Virus record (IMG/VR): IMGVR_UViG_3300028048_001412
Span: 45,858-109,857 of that record
Length of the DNA stretch: 64,000 bases
From: a virus
Taxonomy: Duplodnaviria; Heunggongvirae; Uroviricota; Caudoviricetes
Reading direction: 5' to 3' (one strand)
In this document: one piece after another, positions 8,792 through 20,900 of the stretch
Position numbering within the stretch: the stretch's first letter is position 1
Layout of the letters: each line of letters begins with the position of its first letter
Position numbers and translations under genes: made by a program
The notes under the pieces: model-generated
Databases searched by the model: none
What the model was told of the DNA's origin: nothing
What the model saw: the letters and a program-made list of their open reading frames with translations, nothing else

Positions 8792-11485
8792 TTACATGTC
8801 AAAACCATCTTCATCTTCAAATTCAATAGAAGGATTTTCTGAACTTTCATCATTTAAATCAAAGTCGAAATCTTCTTCATTTCCTTCTTTTTCATCATTT
8901 GAAAAATCGAATTCATTTTCTTTATTGTTTTCTTCAAAATCAAATTCTCCATCATTATTTGTTTCCTCTTCTTTTGTTTCATCATCTTCTAAATCAAATC
9001 CGTCATTAGATTCTTCATTGTTATTATCTTCATTATCATCTCCAAAATCAAATATATTATCTGAAGAATTATCTTCATTATTATTAGAATCTAAATCATC
9101 TGAATTATCATCATCTCCGAAATCAAAATCATTATCTTCGGAATCATTTGAATCATTTTCTACTTCATCGTCAAAATCTTCCATATCTTTATGTTTTGAA
9201 GAAGAATTATCATCAAATTGAACTATATTATCTTTATTTCCGTATAATTCAGCTTTAACTTTTTCTATATTCTTTACATAAGGTTTTCCTAATACTGACA
9301 TATCAGGCATTTCAACACCCATCTTATAAAATTCTTTAGCTAAAGCTTCAATTATATTATAAGAATCTTCATCATCAAGACAAACTCCTAATGTTCTAGC
9401 ATATTGAACTTTTGCTTCACCTAATTTAATAGCCGCATCACCTGCATTTATAAGAGTTTTAGTAAAATCTTTAATTTCACTTTCATCAAATACTTGTTTC
9501 ATTAAATCCATAGATCTTAATACTAATCTAAATGGAGTTAAATCTCTAGTAGTCTTATCTATATAATTAGTTAATCTTTGTGCTATTAAATATACATATA
9601 TTCCAGATGATCTTAATTTAGTAACTGCTCTTGCTAACATTGCATCCCATTCTTTAATATAATCTACTTTATCTTTTTTAGATTCTACTTGGGCATTTTC
9701 TTCATCTCCCCACTCTTTAATATTTCCTTTAAGAGTTGGAACCTCATCTATGAAACAGAATATTGTTGGTAATTTATGACCTTTCTTTCTCCATCCTTGT
9801 ATATTAGCTGTATTTTCAGTAGCAAACATTTCTTGTCTTCTAGTTCCTTCATCAATAAGAGTTTTAATCATATTGAAAGTTTCTTCACCGGTTCTTGGAT
9901 TATCTCCTTGAATCAATCTACATACATTTGGATGTAATGCAAATTTATTAAACATTGCATCACCTTTAGGATCAACTAATATAATTTGAACCATTTCAGG
10001 AAGATAGAATGCTAATAATTGAATTACTAATGACATAAAGAACCAAGATTTACCTGAGCCTGGACCACCTGCAAATGTTCCTGAATACATTTCTGCACCT
10101 TTGGCTCCCATTTCATATATAATAGGTTCACCAATTGAATCTACACCTATAATTAATGGAATATCTTTACTTCTTGTAAATAATTCCTTAACTACTGGAT
10201 GATTTATAATATCACCTATTAATATTGCATCTTTATTAGGTTTAGTTATTATTACATTGAAATGATCACCATCTAATTCTGCTGAACAAGAAATTTTATT
10301 TTTATCTTTTGCATTATTTCCAGTAAATTTTCTTTTTTCATCTACTAATAAATCTACTATATCAGAAGAATAATTATTCATTGTATCTTCTAATTGTTTT
10401 GCAGTTACTTTATTACCAATTGGTTTCTTTATTGTTAAGTAAGCACACATTACAGAATCTTTTAATTCAAGTAATTCTATACCTTTCTTAATTACTTCAG
10501 ATTCATCTTTTCCATAAATATCTGCAAATACTCTTCCTATAATAGCAAACATTCTTGTCCATTTATCAGAACCTGTTTCATAAGAAGTCATTTTAGCATA
10601 ATTTGGATTAAATGCTGGGAATATTTTATGTAATGAATCATATAAAGATGCAGTATTTATAATTCCTTTTGGCATTTCTAAATTATCTACATCTGGTTTA
10701 CCTTTATCTTCTTCTCCATCATCCCAAACGAAATTAGAAGATGAATCATTTGAATTATTATCATCTCCTAATAAACTATCTAAATCAGAATCAAATGAAC
10801 TATTATTATCTGAAGATGAATTAGAATCATCTCCTAATATATCATTCATAATTTCATCAAATGATTGATTATAATCATTAGCTAAAGTTACTACTTCATT
10901 TAATTCTTCATTATCATCTTTTACTTCTTTTTCTACTTGTTTATCTAAATCTTCTACTGTGGCTGGTTTATAACAATTTGCAAGTATTATTCCTAATGCT
11001 GATCCTGAAATTGCACAGTCAAAAATCATACCTATTATTCCCATTTGTCCAATGAAATAAAAGGTATTATCTCCTACATATCCAAATATAAAACATACTA
11101 AAAATGCGACGAATAAACACCCACAAGTAATAAGTAAATGTTTTAAAGCATTTATTGATTCATCTGCACTTTGTTGGCCTAATATTTTAAATATTTCTAC
11201 TAAAGCAGATATACCACCTATAATTATTAAACCACAAGTTTTAAAGAATCCTATTATGGAATAAATAATTACATCTAGAAAATCTTTAGGTTTTTCTCCA
11301 TCTGCACTTGTTGTTCCTGAATTTTGAGGTTGCATATTTGAAGCAAATGGATCATCATTTGAATCAAAAATACTTTTTGAGCCTGTTAAATTACCATCAC
11401 TTCCTGAATCATGACCCATAAAAGGATCCGAATTCAAGGAGTTAAATAAATTATCGGCTGTTTCATCTAAATAATCTCTAGCCAT
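8792..11485 (-). CDS. Membrane-anchored FtsK/SpoIIIE-family ATPase (TcpA/Tn916 ORF21-like coupling protein) with long acidic tail
   Basis: About 3 N-terminal TM helices; IPLIIGVDSIGEP; Walker A AGGPGSGKS; PEMVQIILVDPK; Walker B CFIDE; RSSGIYVYLIAQR; ~130-aa D/E-rich C-terminus. Confidence 0.88.
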   Translation of the reverse strand: MARDYLDETADNLFNSLNSDPFMGHDSGSDGNLTGSKSIFDSNDDPFASNMQPQNSGTTSADGEKPKDFLDVIIYSIIGFFKTCGLIIIGGISALVEIFKILGQQSADESINALKHLLITCGCLFVAFLVCFIFGYVGDNTFYFIGQMGIIGMIFDCAISGSALGIILANCYKPATVEDLDKQVEKEVKDDNEELNEVVTLANDYNQSFDEIMNDILGDDSNSSSDNNSSFDSDLDSLLGDDNNSNDSSSNFVWDDGEEDKGKPDVDNLEMPKGIINTASLYDSLHKIFPAFNPNYAKMTSYETGSDKWTRMFAIIGRVFADIYGKDESEVIKKGIELLELKDSVMCAYLTIKKPIGNKVTAKQLEDTMNNYSSDIVDLLVDEKRKFTGNNAKDKNKISCSAELDGDHFNVIITKPNKDAILIGDIINHPVVKELFTRSKDIPLIIGVDSIGEPIIYEMGAKGAEMYSGTFAGGPGSGKSWFFMSLVIQLLAFYLPEMVQIILVDPKGDAMFNKFALHPNVCRLIQGDNPRTGEETFNMIKTLIDEGTRRQEMFATENTANIQGWRKKGHKLPTIFCFIDEVPTLKGNIKEWGDEENAQVESKKDKVDYIKEWDAMLARAVTKLRSSGIYVYLIAQRLTNYIDKTTRDLTPFRLVLRSMDLMKQVFDESEIKDFTKTLINAGDAAIKLGEAKVQYARTLGVCLDDEDSYNIIEALAKEFYKMGVEMPDMSVLGKPYVKNIEKVKAELYGNKDNIVQFDDNSSSKHKDMEDFDDEVENDSNDSEDNDFDFGDDDNSDDLDSNNNEDNSSDNIFDFGDDNEDNNNEESNDGFDLEDDETKEEETNNDGEFDFEENNKENEFDFSNDEKEGNEEDFDFDLNDESSENPSIEFEDEDGFDM

Positions 11486-11488
11486 TAA

Positions 11489-11683
11489 TTATCCCACCTC
11501 ACTAAAGAAATTTATAAAGAATTCATTGCCAGTATATGCATTATAAAGTAAAAATAATGCTATAATTACAAATAATGGAATTCCTTTTAATACTTTATCT
11601 GAAAATTTACGATTTAATAATAAAAATACAGTTATTAAAATGCAAATTCCAAATAATAATCCATATCCAAAATATTCAGTCAT
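11489..11683 (-). CDS. Small two-TM membrane protein
   Basis: 64 aa with two hydrophobic helices; lies between the VirB4-like and FtsK-like genes; GGAGG RBS. Confidence 0.7.
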   Translation of the reverse strand: MTEYFGYGLLFGICILITVFLLLNRKFSDKVLKGIPLFVIIALFLLYNAYTGNEFFINFFSEVG

Positions 11684-11705
11684 TTATATACCTCCGGACA
11701 TTACT

Positions 11706-13898
11706 TTACGTAATATCTTCATCTAATTCACCTGGGTTAAATATATTCTTATCAAATAAAGCTTGATCTACTGCGGCTTTTACTATAGTTTGTACTGCTG
11801 GTGATTTAGTAGAAGCATCTAATTTAATTAAGAATGCTTTTCTAAATGGACTATCTATAGTATTACCACTACTATCTCTTGCACTTATAGAGTTTTCATA
11901 AGCAATTTTATCTAAATCTTTCTTAAATAATTGTAAGTCAAATGTTTCACAAACTCTTTCTCTCGTTCCTGCATCTTTAATATATCCAATACAGAATCCT
12001 GTTAAGTTTGTTTTTAATGCTTTCATAAAGTTACTTGAACCATCTAATAATTGAGAAAGGTTATTTGTAATTATGAATGCAATATCTCCTCTTTTTCTTC
12101 CACCTGTTACACAGTTAGTCATTATATCTTCTGCACCTGGAATATCAACGAATCTTTGAACCTCTTCCCATATCTTTAATGTAAAGTTTGATTTCTTTAC
12201 ATATTTATTATAGTTTGATATTTCATTAGTAACTTTAGAAACACATAATTGTTTTAATGCTAATTTTACTTGGTTTGCACCTTGTTGGTCAGCACCTTTA
12301 TTACCGAATGAGAATACAATAAATCTTGCATTTCTTATATCTTCTATATTTAATATTTCTTTAAATGTTCCGTATTCTGATTCACCCTTTACAAAATATT
12401 TCATAAGTTTTAATTTCATTGTTTCAGCGGCTTTTTGTAAAGAATCATCACCTCTTTTATTTATCCATTCTCTTTGTTCTATTAATCTACAAAGAACATC
12501 ATATACCATTGTTATATTTAAATCTTTTGATTTATGCCAAGTACTAGGATTATCAGTTACTCCTGCTTCTGCATATATTCTTGCAATTATTTGTGATAAT
12601 ATTGAATCTTCTTCAAGTGATATTTGACCACCCAATAATATTTTCATCATTGCTTTAGTAAAGTCTAATGATGCAGTTTTACCATCTTCATCTAATTCTT
12701 TTGAACCTGTTACATCTGAAATTCTTAATGGATCAAAATATCTACCATTTCCAGCTTTCATATTTATAACTACTGCTTCACCTTCTTTACCCGAATTTAA
12801 GAATTTAGCTAAATTAGTATATTCATCACCTTCATAGTCAAGAACACAAACAGACATTCCTTCTCTTAAACACCAAAGAATACAATTTTTAGTGAATACA
12901 GATTTACCACCACCTGTTCCTGCTGTAACTAATACATTTTCTGCATTATCTTTATCTTCTCTAAATACATGGAATACAGGTAATCCACTATATACATCTA
13001 ATCCCATTGGAACACCTTTATCACCTATCTTTCCTTGGTTATTAGATTGTAACATAGTAATTGTATCATCAGACATTATTTGTATAGGTATTTTTCTATC
13101 AATTCCATTTACCCATTTCATAGAAGTAGGTAATTCATATCTCATATAATCAAATACTTCACCTGATAATTCAGTAGCTTGAATTCCACATGATCTACAT
13201 CCTGCTTTAAAATTAGTAACAGCTTGATCTAATGCATCTAAATTATTTCTATTTCCTATTATTTGTATAAATAAAGATGTTTTAAAAATACTTCTTCTAT
13301 AAGTTATATCTGCATCTGTGAAATATTTAATTGTTTGTTCCATATTTTTTAATTTTGCTGTTTCACCTGCAGTTGATCTTTGAGTGAATGTATTTGTTCT
13401 ATCTACATCATCATTTTCAATTCTTCTTTGCCATTGTCTATTTAATTGAACCATTTTAGGACTATCCCAATCAATAGTATGAGGAGCTATATCCATAAAA
13501 TAATTAAATTGAACATCATAAACTCCATTTAAAGTCATTTCTTTTAAATATTGCAATAAATTCTTATCGACCCATGATTGATATTTTTCTACTATAAACA
13601 TTTTTATAATAGAAGTTTTAGTTACTACTCTTCCCCATTCAAGAGATAATTGTTCATTATTTAATACTGCTGAAGAAGGAATCATTAATTTCTGTGCTTT
13701 TATATTAGAAAGCATATCATCATATAATTCTAACGCACTTACATGATTAGGATCAAAATTCTTTTCCTTCTTTTCTTCTTTCTTTTTAATTATAGGTTTT
13801 TTAACCTTATTATCTTTAGCAATAGGTTTTTTTGTTGTTTTTTTATTCTCTAATTGAGTCTTATTCTCAACTTCTTTCTTTTTTCCGAATCCAAACAT
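11706..13898 (-). CDS. virB4: VirB4/TcpF-like conjugative ATPase
   Basis: GVPMGLDVYSGLPVF; Walker A VTAGTGGGKS; CVLDYEGDEY; FDPL; Walker B variant IWEEVQRF; GGRKRG...IITNNLSQ. Confidence 0.85.
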   Translation of the reverse strand: MFGFGKKKEVENKTQLENKKTTKKPIAKDNKVKKPIIKKKEEKKEKNFDPNHVSALELYDDMLSNIKAQKLMIPSSAVLNNEQLSLEWGRVVTKTSIIKMFIVEKYQSWVDKNLLQYLKEMTLNGVYDVQFNYFMDIAPHTIDWDSPKMVQLNRQWQRRIENDDVDRTNTFTQRSTAGETAKLKNMEQTIKYFTDADITYRRSIFKTSLFIQIIGNRNNLDALDQAVTNFKAGCRSCGIQATELSGEVFDYMRYELPTSMKWVNGIDRKIPIQIMSDDTITMLQSNNQGKIGDKGVPMGLDVYSGLPVFHVFREDKDNAENVLVTAGTGGGKSVFTKNCILWCLREGMSVCVLDYEGDEYTNLAKFLNSGKEGEAVVINMKAGNGRYFDPLRISDVTGSKELDEDGKTASLDFTKAMMKILLGGQISLEEDSILSQIIARIYAEAGVTDNPSTWHKSKDLNITMVYDVLCRLIEQREWINKRGDDSLQKAAETMKLKLMKYFVKGESEYGTFKEILNIEDIRNARFIVFSFGNKGADQQGANQVKLALKQLCVSKVTNEISNYNKYVKKSNFTLKIWEEVQRFVDIPGAEDIMTNCVTGGRKRGDIAFIITNNLSQLLDGSSNFMKALKTNLTGFCIGYIKDAGTRERVCETFDLQLFKKDLDKIAYENSISARDSSGNTIDSPFRKAFLIKLDASTKSPAVQTIVKAAVDQALFDKNIFNPGELDEDIT

Positions 13899-13902
13899 TT
13901 AA

Positions 13903-15060
13903 TTATCTCCTACCCTTCCCCGTAACATTTATACAATAATCGTCTAATATTTCAAATAATAATCTATTATCTTCTCCCATATTAGGTAATTTCGAATACC
14001 AATATAATGCAGTATTAAGATCAGGTAATGGTTTATTTATTTTACTAATACATAATTGTTGATTAGATATATCTGGAATTATTTCTTTTACTGCAAACAT
14101 ATAATCATTAAATAAATTACTACTTATTACATAATCTATCATTGCTTTATTTGATAAAGTAGCTAATTTATGAACATTTTTGCCTCTAATCATTTCTTGT
14201 CTATTTAATATTCTATCAATAAATATTAATTGATCAAAAGATGATTTATATAAATCTAATATTACTGCTGGAAATACTTGATAACATACAAGAACTCCCG
14301 GTTTTAAATACATTCCTCTATTGCTTGTATATGCTTCTGCAGAATCTACTTTAAGTTCATCTTTATATAAATAATCAAACATTCTATCATCAAATATTAC
14401 TATTTTAGCTCTTTTACCTTTCTTTATATCCAAGTAATTTACATAACTTAATAAAAAAGTATTAAAGTAAGGTAAATTATTAAATTCCCTTACATATAAT
14501 ATTGATGTATTAGAAGTTACACCATTTAAATCTACAGTTGTTCTTACAAATTCAGTACTTTTAGATAAGTTTTCATTTTGAGTTCTTAACATATCTAGTT
14601 CAGCTAAAGCATTATTCTTTTCTGCTTGTTCTTTTCTTAATTTTTCAGTCAATCTACTCATTGTAGCATCAGCTCTTACATCTTTTTGACCTTTTAATAA
14701 TTCTTTAGCTAAAGACATCATTCTTTTTTGATTCGGCTCTAATTTTAATGAATCAATACATTCATTAATCATTTCAGATAATGGTCTTCCTACATATGTA
14801 ATTACTTCTTCTTTAGTTCTATCTTCAGTAGTAACATTATCTAAATATTCCTCATCTACATCCTCAAAATCATCTACAGGATATAAATTAAATTGACCAT
14901 ATCTTTCCAATAGAGCACCATAAAAAGATAATACATCTTCATCTTTAGCAATTATAGCTACTCTTAAAGATTTATCAAGATCTTCAATTACTGAATTCTT
15001 TTCTTTATAATCTTCTACTAAATATGCTATTCCTTCTTCTTTTTCAATTCTTCTATTCAT
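13903..15060 (-). CDS. Hypothetical protein with coiled coil and a possibly degenerate P-loop-like C-terminal domain
   Basis: Central coiled coil, then TSILYVREF...KIVIFD strand-helix pattern without a Walker A motif. Confidence 0.7.
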   Translation of the reverse strand: MNRRIEKEEGIAYLVEDYKEKNSVIEDLDKSLRVAIIAKDEDVLSFYGALLERYGQFNLYPVDDFEDVDEEYLDNVTTEDRTKEEVITYVGRPLSEMINECIDSLKLEPNQKRMMSLAKELLKGQKDVRADATMSRLTEKLRKEQAEKNNALAELDMLRTQNENLSKSTEFVRTTVDLNGVTSNTSILYVREFNNLPYFNTFLLSYVNYLDIKKGKRAKIVIFDDRMFDYLYKDELKVDSAEAYTSNRGMYLKPGVLVCYQVFPAVILDLYKSSFDQLIFIDRILNRQEMIRGKNVHKLATLSNKAMIDYVISSNLFNDYMFAVKEIIPDISNQQLCISKINKPLPDLNTALYWYSKLPNMGEDNRLLFEILDDYCINVTGKGRR

Positions 15061-15063
15061 TAA

Positions 15064-16503
15064 TTAAGGCTTTCCTCCGAAAATCTTTAATATCATATTT
15101 TTAGTTTCTTTTTCATTATCTTTTGGTTTAGGCCCCATATATCCTTTTATATCTTTATTTTTCATTATAGAACCTACATTTGGAATATCTTCATATTTTA
15201 ATTCATTTATATTACCAAAAGATGCAAGTAAATCATCAATTGCTTTTATATCTGAATGTTTTGAATTTAATTTTTTATCTTTATTATCATTTACGGATAA
15301 ATAAACTGATTCTTTAAATACTTTTTCTCTTAAACTTACATCATCTTCTAAAGTTTCTACTGTTCTCATAAATGTTATATAATCTTTAGATTCAGATGGA
15401 ATATTAAATACTATCTTATTTGTTTTCATTACAATATCGTGTAATATATTTATATCACTTAATTGCATATCTAATAATAAGATATTATAGAATTTTTTAT
15501 GTTTTTCAATTAATTTATCTAATAATTCTAATGATTTTACATGATCTAATGATTCTCTATTAATTGGTGAAGTTAATAAATGTAAATTATTCTCAATTAA
15601 AAAGCTATTAGATATCATATTATTTTCTCTTAATGCTTTTTGTAAATTATTAGTATCTGATATTTGTACTGTATCATAAACCGCTTTATCTACAGTTCCT
15701 AATGTGTAATTTTTAAAATCTAAATCTATCAACCCTACAGTTAATCCTATTTTTGCTAAATATCTTGCTACTCTTAAAACTGTAGTTGATGTATAAGCTT
15801 TTGGACAACCTGTAAATACTACTATACATCCGCCTTTATAATATTTGATTATATTTTTAATATCTTCATCAGGATCAATAGATCTTCCGGTTGCTAAAGT
15901 TGGAATTATTTCTTCTTCTTTTTCTAATGATACTTCTCTTTTTGGAGTCTCATCAAAATCAACTTCAGTAAATGATTCTTTTCCTTCATCTGTTAAAGTA
16001 GGAACATCATCTTCCTCTTCAATTTTATATGAAGAAGTATCACCTTCATTTAAATTATCTAAATTAGTATCTTCTGGAATAAGTTCATCTTTTATTTGAG
16101 TATTTTCAACTTCAATATCTTCTGATTTATATAATCTATAAGGTTCTATAGTAGAAGCACTAATTAACTCTCTTATATAAGGGAAGGTGATTTTAGCATT
16201 CTTATTATCTATGATTTGAATATTATCATATGAAAAATAATCAATATCATATTTTTGCATTAAATCTAATTTATTCAATATAAAGATAGTATCATAATCA
16301 TTATTTTTAATGCATTCAGGAATATCTCCATCTATAGAATTTTCAAATATAAGTATTTTAGATATTTTTCCTGATTGTTTTATACATTTTTCTAATCCAC
16401 TTGTATATGGGCAACCAATAAGATCAATTCCACCAACATTATAATCTAGCTTTTCTAATGCTAGATTACTTTTATCTCCCAAACACAATATGCATTTTGC
16501 CAT
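15064..16503 (-). CDS. Degenerate MinD/ParA/CpaE-like protein with acidic linker
   Basis: IVVFTGCPKAYTSTTVLRVARYLAK...VGLIDLDF; YNILLLDM; Walker A lysines absent. Confidence 0.7.
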   Translation of the reverse strand: MAKCILCLGDKSNLALEKLDYNVGGIDLIGCPYTSGLEKCIKQSGKISKILIFENSIDGDIPECIKNNDYDTIFILNKLDLMQKYDIDYFSYDNIQIIDNKNAKITFPYIRELISASTIEPYRLYKSEDIEVENTQIKDELIPEDTNLDNLNEGDTSSYKIEEEDDVPTLTDEGKESFTEVDFDETPKREVSLEKEEEIIPTLATGRSIDPDEDIKNIIKYYKGGCIVVFTGCPKAYTSTTVLRVARYLAKIGLTVGLIDLDFKNYTLGTVDKAVYDTVQISDTNNLQKALRENNMISNSFLIENNLHLLTSPINRESLDHVKSLELLDKLIEKHKKFYNILLLDMQLSDINILHDIVMKTNKIVFNIPSESKDYITFMRTVETLEDDVSLREKVFKESVYLSVNDNKDKKLNSKHSDIKAIDDLLASFGNINELKYEDIPNVGSIMKNKDIKGYMGPKPKDNEKETKNMILKIFGGKP

Positions 16504-16542
16504 TTTTCTATCACCTCGACAATTTTTTTATATTATAATAAT

Positions 16543-16585
16543 ATTATAACATAAATCTTATATTTATATTATAAAATATATTATG
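16543..16585 (-). promoter_or_regulatory. Box-type promoter B
   Basis: CATAATATATTTTAT-aatataaatataagatttatgt-TATAAT; also has an extended -10 (TGn). Confidence 0.7.
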
Positions 16586-16590
16586 AAGTT

Positions 16591-17883
16591 TTATAACTCA
16601 AATCCATCATCGTCTTCTAATTTTAATTCTTTATTTTCTGCTTCTAAATCTAAATCTCCTAATTTCTTTTTAGGTGCATTATCTTCTGTTTGTTTTACAT
16701 AATTAGGGATTTGTTGAGAAATATCTTCCTCTGTATCAGTTAAATCAATAGGTTCTTCTTCCATATTATCTACTGGTTTTTCTGTAATATTAATATCTTC
16801 TTCTGAAAATTCTTCCATTTGAATATTATCTTTTTTAGCTTGAGGGCCAGAAACTTCAGTTAATTCTTTAATAATATCAATAGGAGCACCTTTATCATGT
16901 ATATATCTATAGTAAATTTGAGATAATTTTTTAATTTGTTCTGGAGTTAAAGTTAATTCATTTCCATTATCTAAAGTAAATGAATAAACACTAAAATCTC
17001 TCTTTGATCTATTTTTATCCATTTCAAACATTTCATTTTTAGCAGTTAATACATCAAAATAAGTAATAGCATTTATTTGAGTATGTAAATCTATAATATC
17101 TGATTCTTCCATTACTTTTCTTGTTAGATATGTTCCTTGTAATAATGGAGAAGTTAATTCTAATGCATCTCTTACTATATCATTTAATTTCATTGAATCT
17201 TTAGTATATATAAGAATTACATCAGTATCAAAATAATTATATTCTGATAATCTTCTCATATGTCCAGTATTTAATTCTAATACTGATCTTAATGCTGGAT
17301 TATATTCTTCTCTACATTTATCTATTAAATATTGCAATCTTGGATCTTTACTTGCTTGATCCATTATTTTACATACTTTTACTTTATATCCATAAGCATT
17401 GGCACTCTTTAAGAATTCACTAAATAGATCCGCACCTACTTCAAGATAATTATCAGGTTGACCTACGATAGAACCTCTTTCTAATTTAATGAAACATCCT
17501 ATATTTCCTCCTGCAAAACCAACAGAAGCTCCTAAATCTGTATCATTTATATACATTATTCCCCAATTTATTGCAGAAGTTGCATTTGAATATTTTTTTC
17601 TTCTTAAATAAGATTGTTTTTTAAATCTTTCTTCAAATATAACAAATCTAATAAGAAAGAAATATCCTACAAATGTTAACATAAATAAGAAAAACTTTCC
17701 TAATGCTGGAGTATCTACTGTTAATACACTTAAAATTATTAACCAGAAAATCATTGCCACTACAAACATTGATTTTTCAGTAGTCCAGAATTTACTAGTA
17801 TATTTTGCATTAGTAGCTCCTTCTACATTCATTGGAAGGAATGTTTGATCTTTTTCATTTACTGTTATTCTATCGTAAATCAT
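16591..17883 (-). CDS. Two-TM conjugation protein (VirB3/PrgI/TcpE-like position and topology) with acidic tail
   Basis: Two N-terminal TM helices, a cytoplasmic domain and an E/D-rich C-terminus; lies between the VirB6-like and VirB4-like genes. Confidence 0.6.
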   Translation of the reverse strand: MIYDRITVNEKDQTFLPMNVEGATNAKYTSKFWTTEKSMFVVAMIFWLIILSVLTVDTPALGKFFLFMLTFVGYFFLIRFVIFEERFKKQSYLRRKKYSNATSAINWGIMYINDTDLGASVGFAGGNIGCFIKLERGSIVGQPDNYLEVGADLFSEFLKSANAYGYKVKVCKIMDQASKDPRLQYLIDKCREEYNPALRSVLELNTGHMRRLSEYNYFDTDVILIYTKDSMKLNDIVRDALELTSPLLQGTYLTRKVMEESDIIDLHTQINAITYFDVLTAKNEMFEMDKNRSKRDFSVYSFTLDNGNELTLTPEQIKKLSQIYYRYIHDKGAPIDIIKELTEVSGPQAKKDNIQMEEFSEEDINITEKPVDNMEEEPIDLTDTEEDISQQIPNYVKQTEDNAPKKKLGDLDLEAENKELKLEDDDGFEL

Positions 17884-17909
17884 CTATATCTCCTTGAAAT
17901 TATTTTATA

Positions 17910-20900
17910 TTAAATATCTGAATCTGAGAAAGATTTTATAGTTTTTGATTTCAAATATGCTTCTTTAGCTGCACTACCTTTTCCAGACATATTTAAATCA
18001 TGCGCTTTCTGTCTTAATCTCATTTTTTCTTTGCTTAATATTTGATTTCTAGCGCTAGCATCCATTCCCATCATTGCTCTTGCTAATCCACTTCCTGTTA
18101 CATTAGACTTGGCTAATTCTAATTTTGCTTTATTTTTTACTGTTTCAACTGCGGCCGTGGGAATATTAGATATTGCATTTGCGCCTGGTTTTAATAAATG
18201 ATTATATGCTAATCCTGAGCCACTCATTGCAAATGCTGCTCCTCCAACTACTCTGCCTATTTTTCCTAATTTACTAGCGGCATTTGATAATGAAGCTTCT
18301 CCTCCAAAATCAAAGAATTGACCCCAGTTCATTCTTCCAGTAGAAGGATCTATTCCTATATGAACTTTTAATAAATTAATAGCGGCTAAAGCGGCAAATA
18401 TACTTACCGCGGCTATTATTATAATTTGTAATTTTAATGATACATTAGCATTAAATTTAGAACCTATTTTCAAAGTAGAGAATGATAATAATACTAATGT
18501 AGGTAAAGTAAATACAAATATTACTTTAAATATTGCTATAAATATTCCTGATATAAATGTCCATGCTGATCCATTCTTTCTTAATGGCAAAGCAGCTGCA
18601 CATATATATACATGGAATACTAATGCCATACTTGCACCTATTTTAACTAATGGAAGTAAGAAACATACTACTAATGAACATAAAGCTAATAATAACATAT
18701 CAAATCCATGTCCACTTTCTTGCATTAAATTATATGATGCTGAAAAATCTGGATTTATAGCAATACCATTAGTTGCTAATAAATCTTTCCATAAAGTATC
18801 TATATTTACAGAGCCTATATCTATATATTGAGGATAATTTTGAACTCCTGGAATACTAAATGTCTTATTAAATTGAAGAGCAGTTAATATTGCTAATTGT
18901 CTAATAATAACATCTTTGCTCATTCCATTATTATTTATGCTTTCTAATATATCTTCTATTTGAGGAGTTAAATAAGCATAAAATTCTTGACATAATCCTT
19001 CAAATTTACTATTTATATCTAAACTATGGGCTTCACATACATTATCAGTATTCATTTCATTACAATAAGCATTCATTAATTTAACTGCCCAATTAGCTGT
19101 AAATAACCAAGCCTTATTATTATTTTTATATATTTTATAATCATCTTCTATTTTAGCATCTCCAAAATGATTAGTAGCGGCTAATGACATATGATAATAA
19201 TAAGGAACTACATTATGAAATAAAGTCCATAAATCTACATAATCTATAATTAAAGATTTATTCATTAAAACCGAATTTCTTGATGAAACTTGTGAAAATC
19301 CATCAATTCCGCCTGAACTATTTCTATCTGGAATTGATACCATTTCTGGAGTTCCTTTAAAATTATTATCTCTACTTGGTTCTGATGAATAATCTAAATA
19401 TCCTTGCAATAAATAACCTATATCTTTTGCATCACAATGAGCAAATGTATCCCACCATACACTATAGAAATATGGAATTACATTTTCTGTTCCTATGAAG
19501 TATCCGTAATCACCATCATATTTTTGAGTTGAATAAAAATTAAATCTTGATATTGGCGATGCACTTTCTTCATTCCAAGAAGTAGCTGCAAAATATTTAT
19601 CATAAGCGGAATCTAATCCACTTGCGGAATCATTTTCTGCTTTATAACTAAACCAATCAGGAGCATTTAATGATACACTATGTAATATATAATTTTGTTT
19701 ATGAGTTGATAAAGTTGTTAATAGATCTGTAGCGAAAGGAGAATACATTCCTGGTTCTGCATTTTCTTCTTCAGGCATTATTAAATATTTCCAATTATCT
19801 GTTTGTATATCTCTAGTTGCTTTATTAGCATAACTCATATAAGAATCTTCACCATTATGAACAAGCGGCGTAAATCCTCCTGAATCTGCTACTTGAGATG
19901 ATGCCGTTTTCAATGATTTAGAATGGAATAAATTAGAATAATATTGAGTGCTACTTATTAAATCTAAATCATCTGATCCTACTTCAGTATATAAATAATT
20001 AAGCATTGTCATTCTTTTGAACATTTCATCCATAGAACCAGAAACCATATTATCTCTTAAATATTGTTTAACAATATTTCCTAAAAATAATCTTCCAAAA
20101 TATCCTGAACTTAATGCACTAGTTACTTCTTCATTCCCATTATTTAATACTACTGGAGATTTATCTTGTATATATGATAAATTACTATTTGATTCAAATT
20201 GAGTTTGTGAATACATTTGAGCATATTGAGTATTTGCGTTCATATTTTGTTTTTCCCAATTTTGAGAATATTGTAATACCCAAGATGCTTGATTTAAACT
20301 AAACGCTTTAGTAATTAAATTATTTGCTCCTTGCATAAAGTAATTAAATATAGTAGGGAAAAAGATTAAAATAATAAGAGTTGCTATATATCTTACGAAT
20401 GCCTTTCCTGGAGCTCTAGATAATATACCTAATCCCATTACTACTATAAATGCAATTATAATTACCCAATCTATATTATTATCAATTAAATCTACTAGAC
20501 TGCTTACCCAAGGCAATTTATCTAAAGTAGAAAATCCTATCGTATTAGTATTTATTCCTCTAGATGTATTTTTATAATCTGATACTGATTCATATAAAGC
20601 ATTCCAAAGTCCATTTATTATACCCACTAACCAATCAATTATTTTAAATGGAGTGGTAACAACTGTATAAATAAAATCTAAAATCCCATTCGTTTTTTCT
20701 TCTTTAGAAACTGTTTTCACAGATTCAAGAATACTCTTTAATTGATTTATTTGTTCTATATTAAAGAAATCAGTATTTATTTTTAAACCTTTATCATTTG
20801 GTTTACCAGTAGGATTATATTTATCAGAACCAGAAGCCATAAATAAATAATTTAAATATAATTGTTTGCAGAATTTAGATTTAATGGAATTTTCTGTAAA

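Noticed and set aside
8796-9221. Ser-rich plus-strand ORF (and similar shadows at 3352, 4185, 12892, 15845, 20017, 23897, 25418, 26755, 27197, 27787, 33858, 36225, 36849, 41758, 49195, 51579)
   Set aside because: These are antisense shadows of long coding genes; the Ser/Phe richness mirrors GAT/GAA/AAA codons, and I saw no supporting RBS or promoter.
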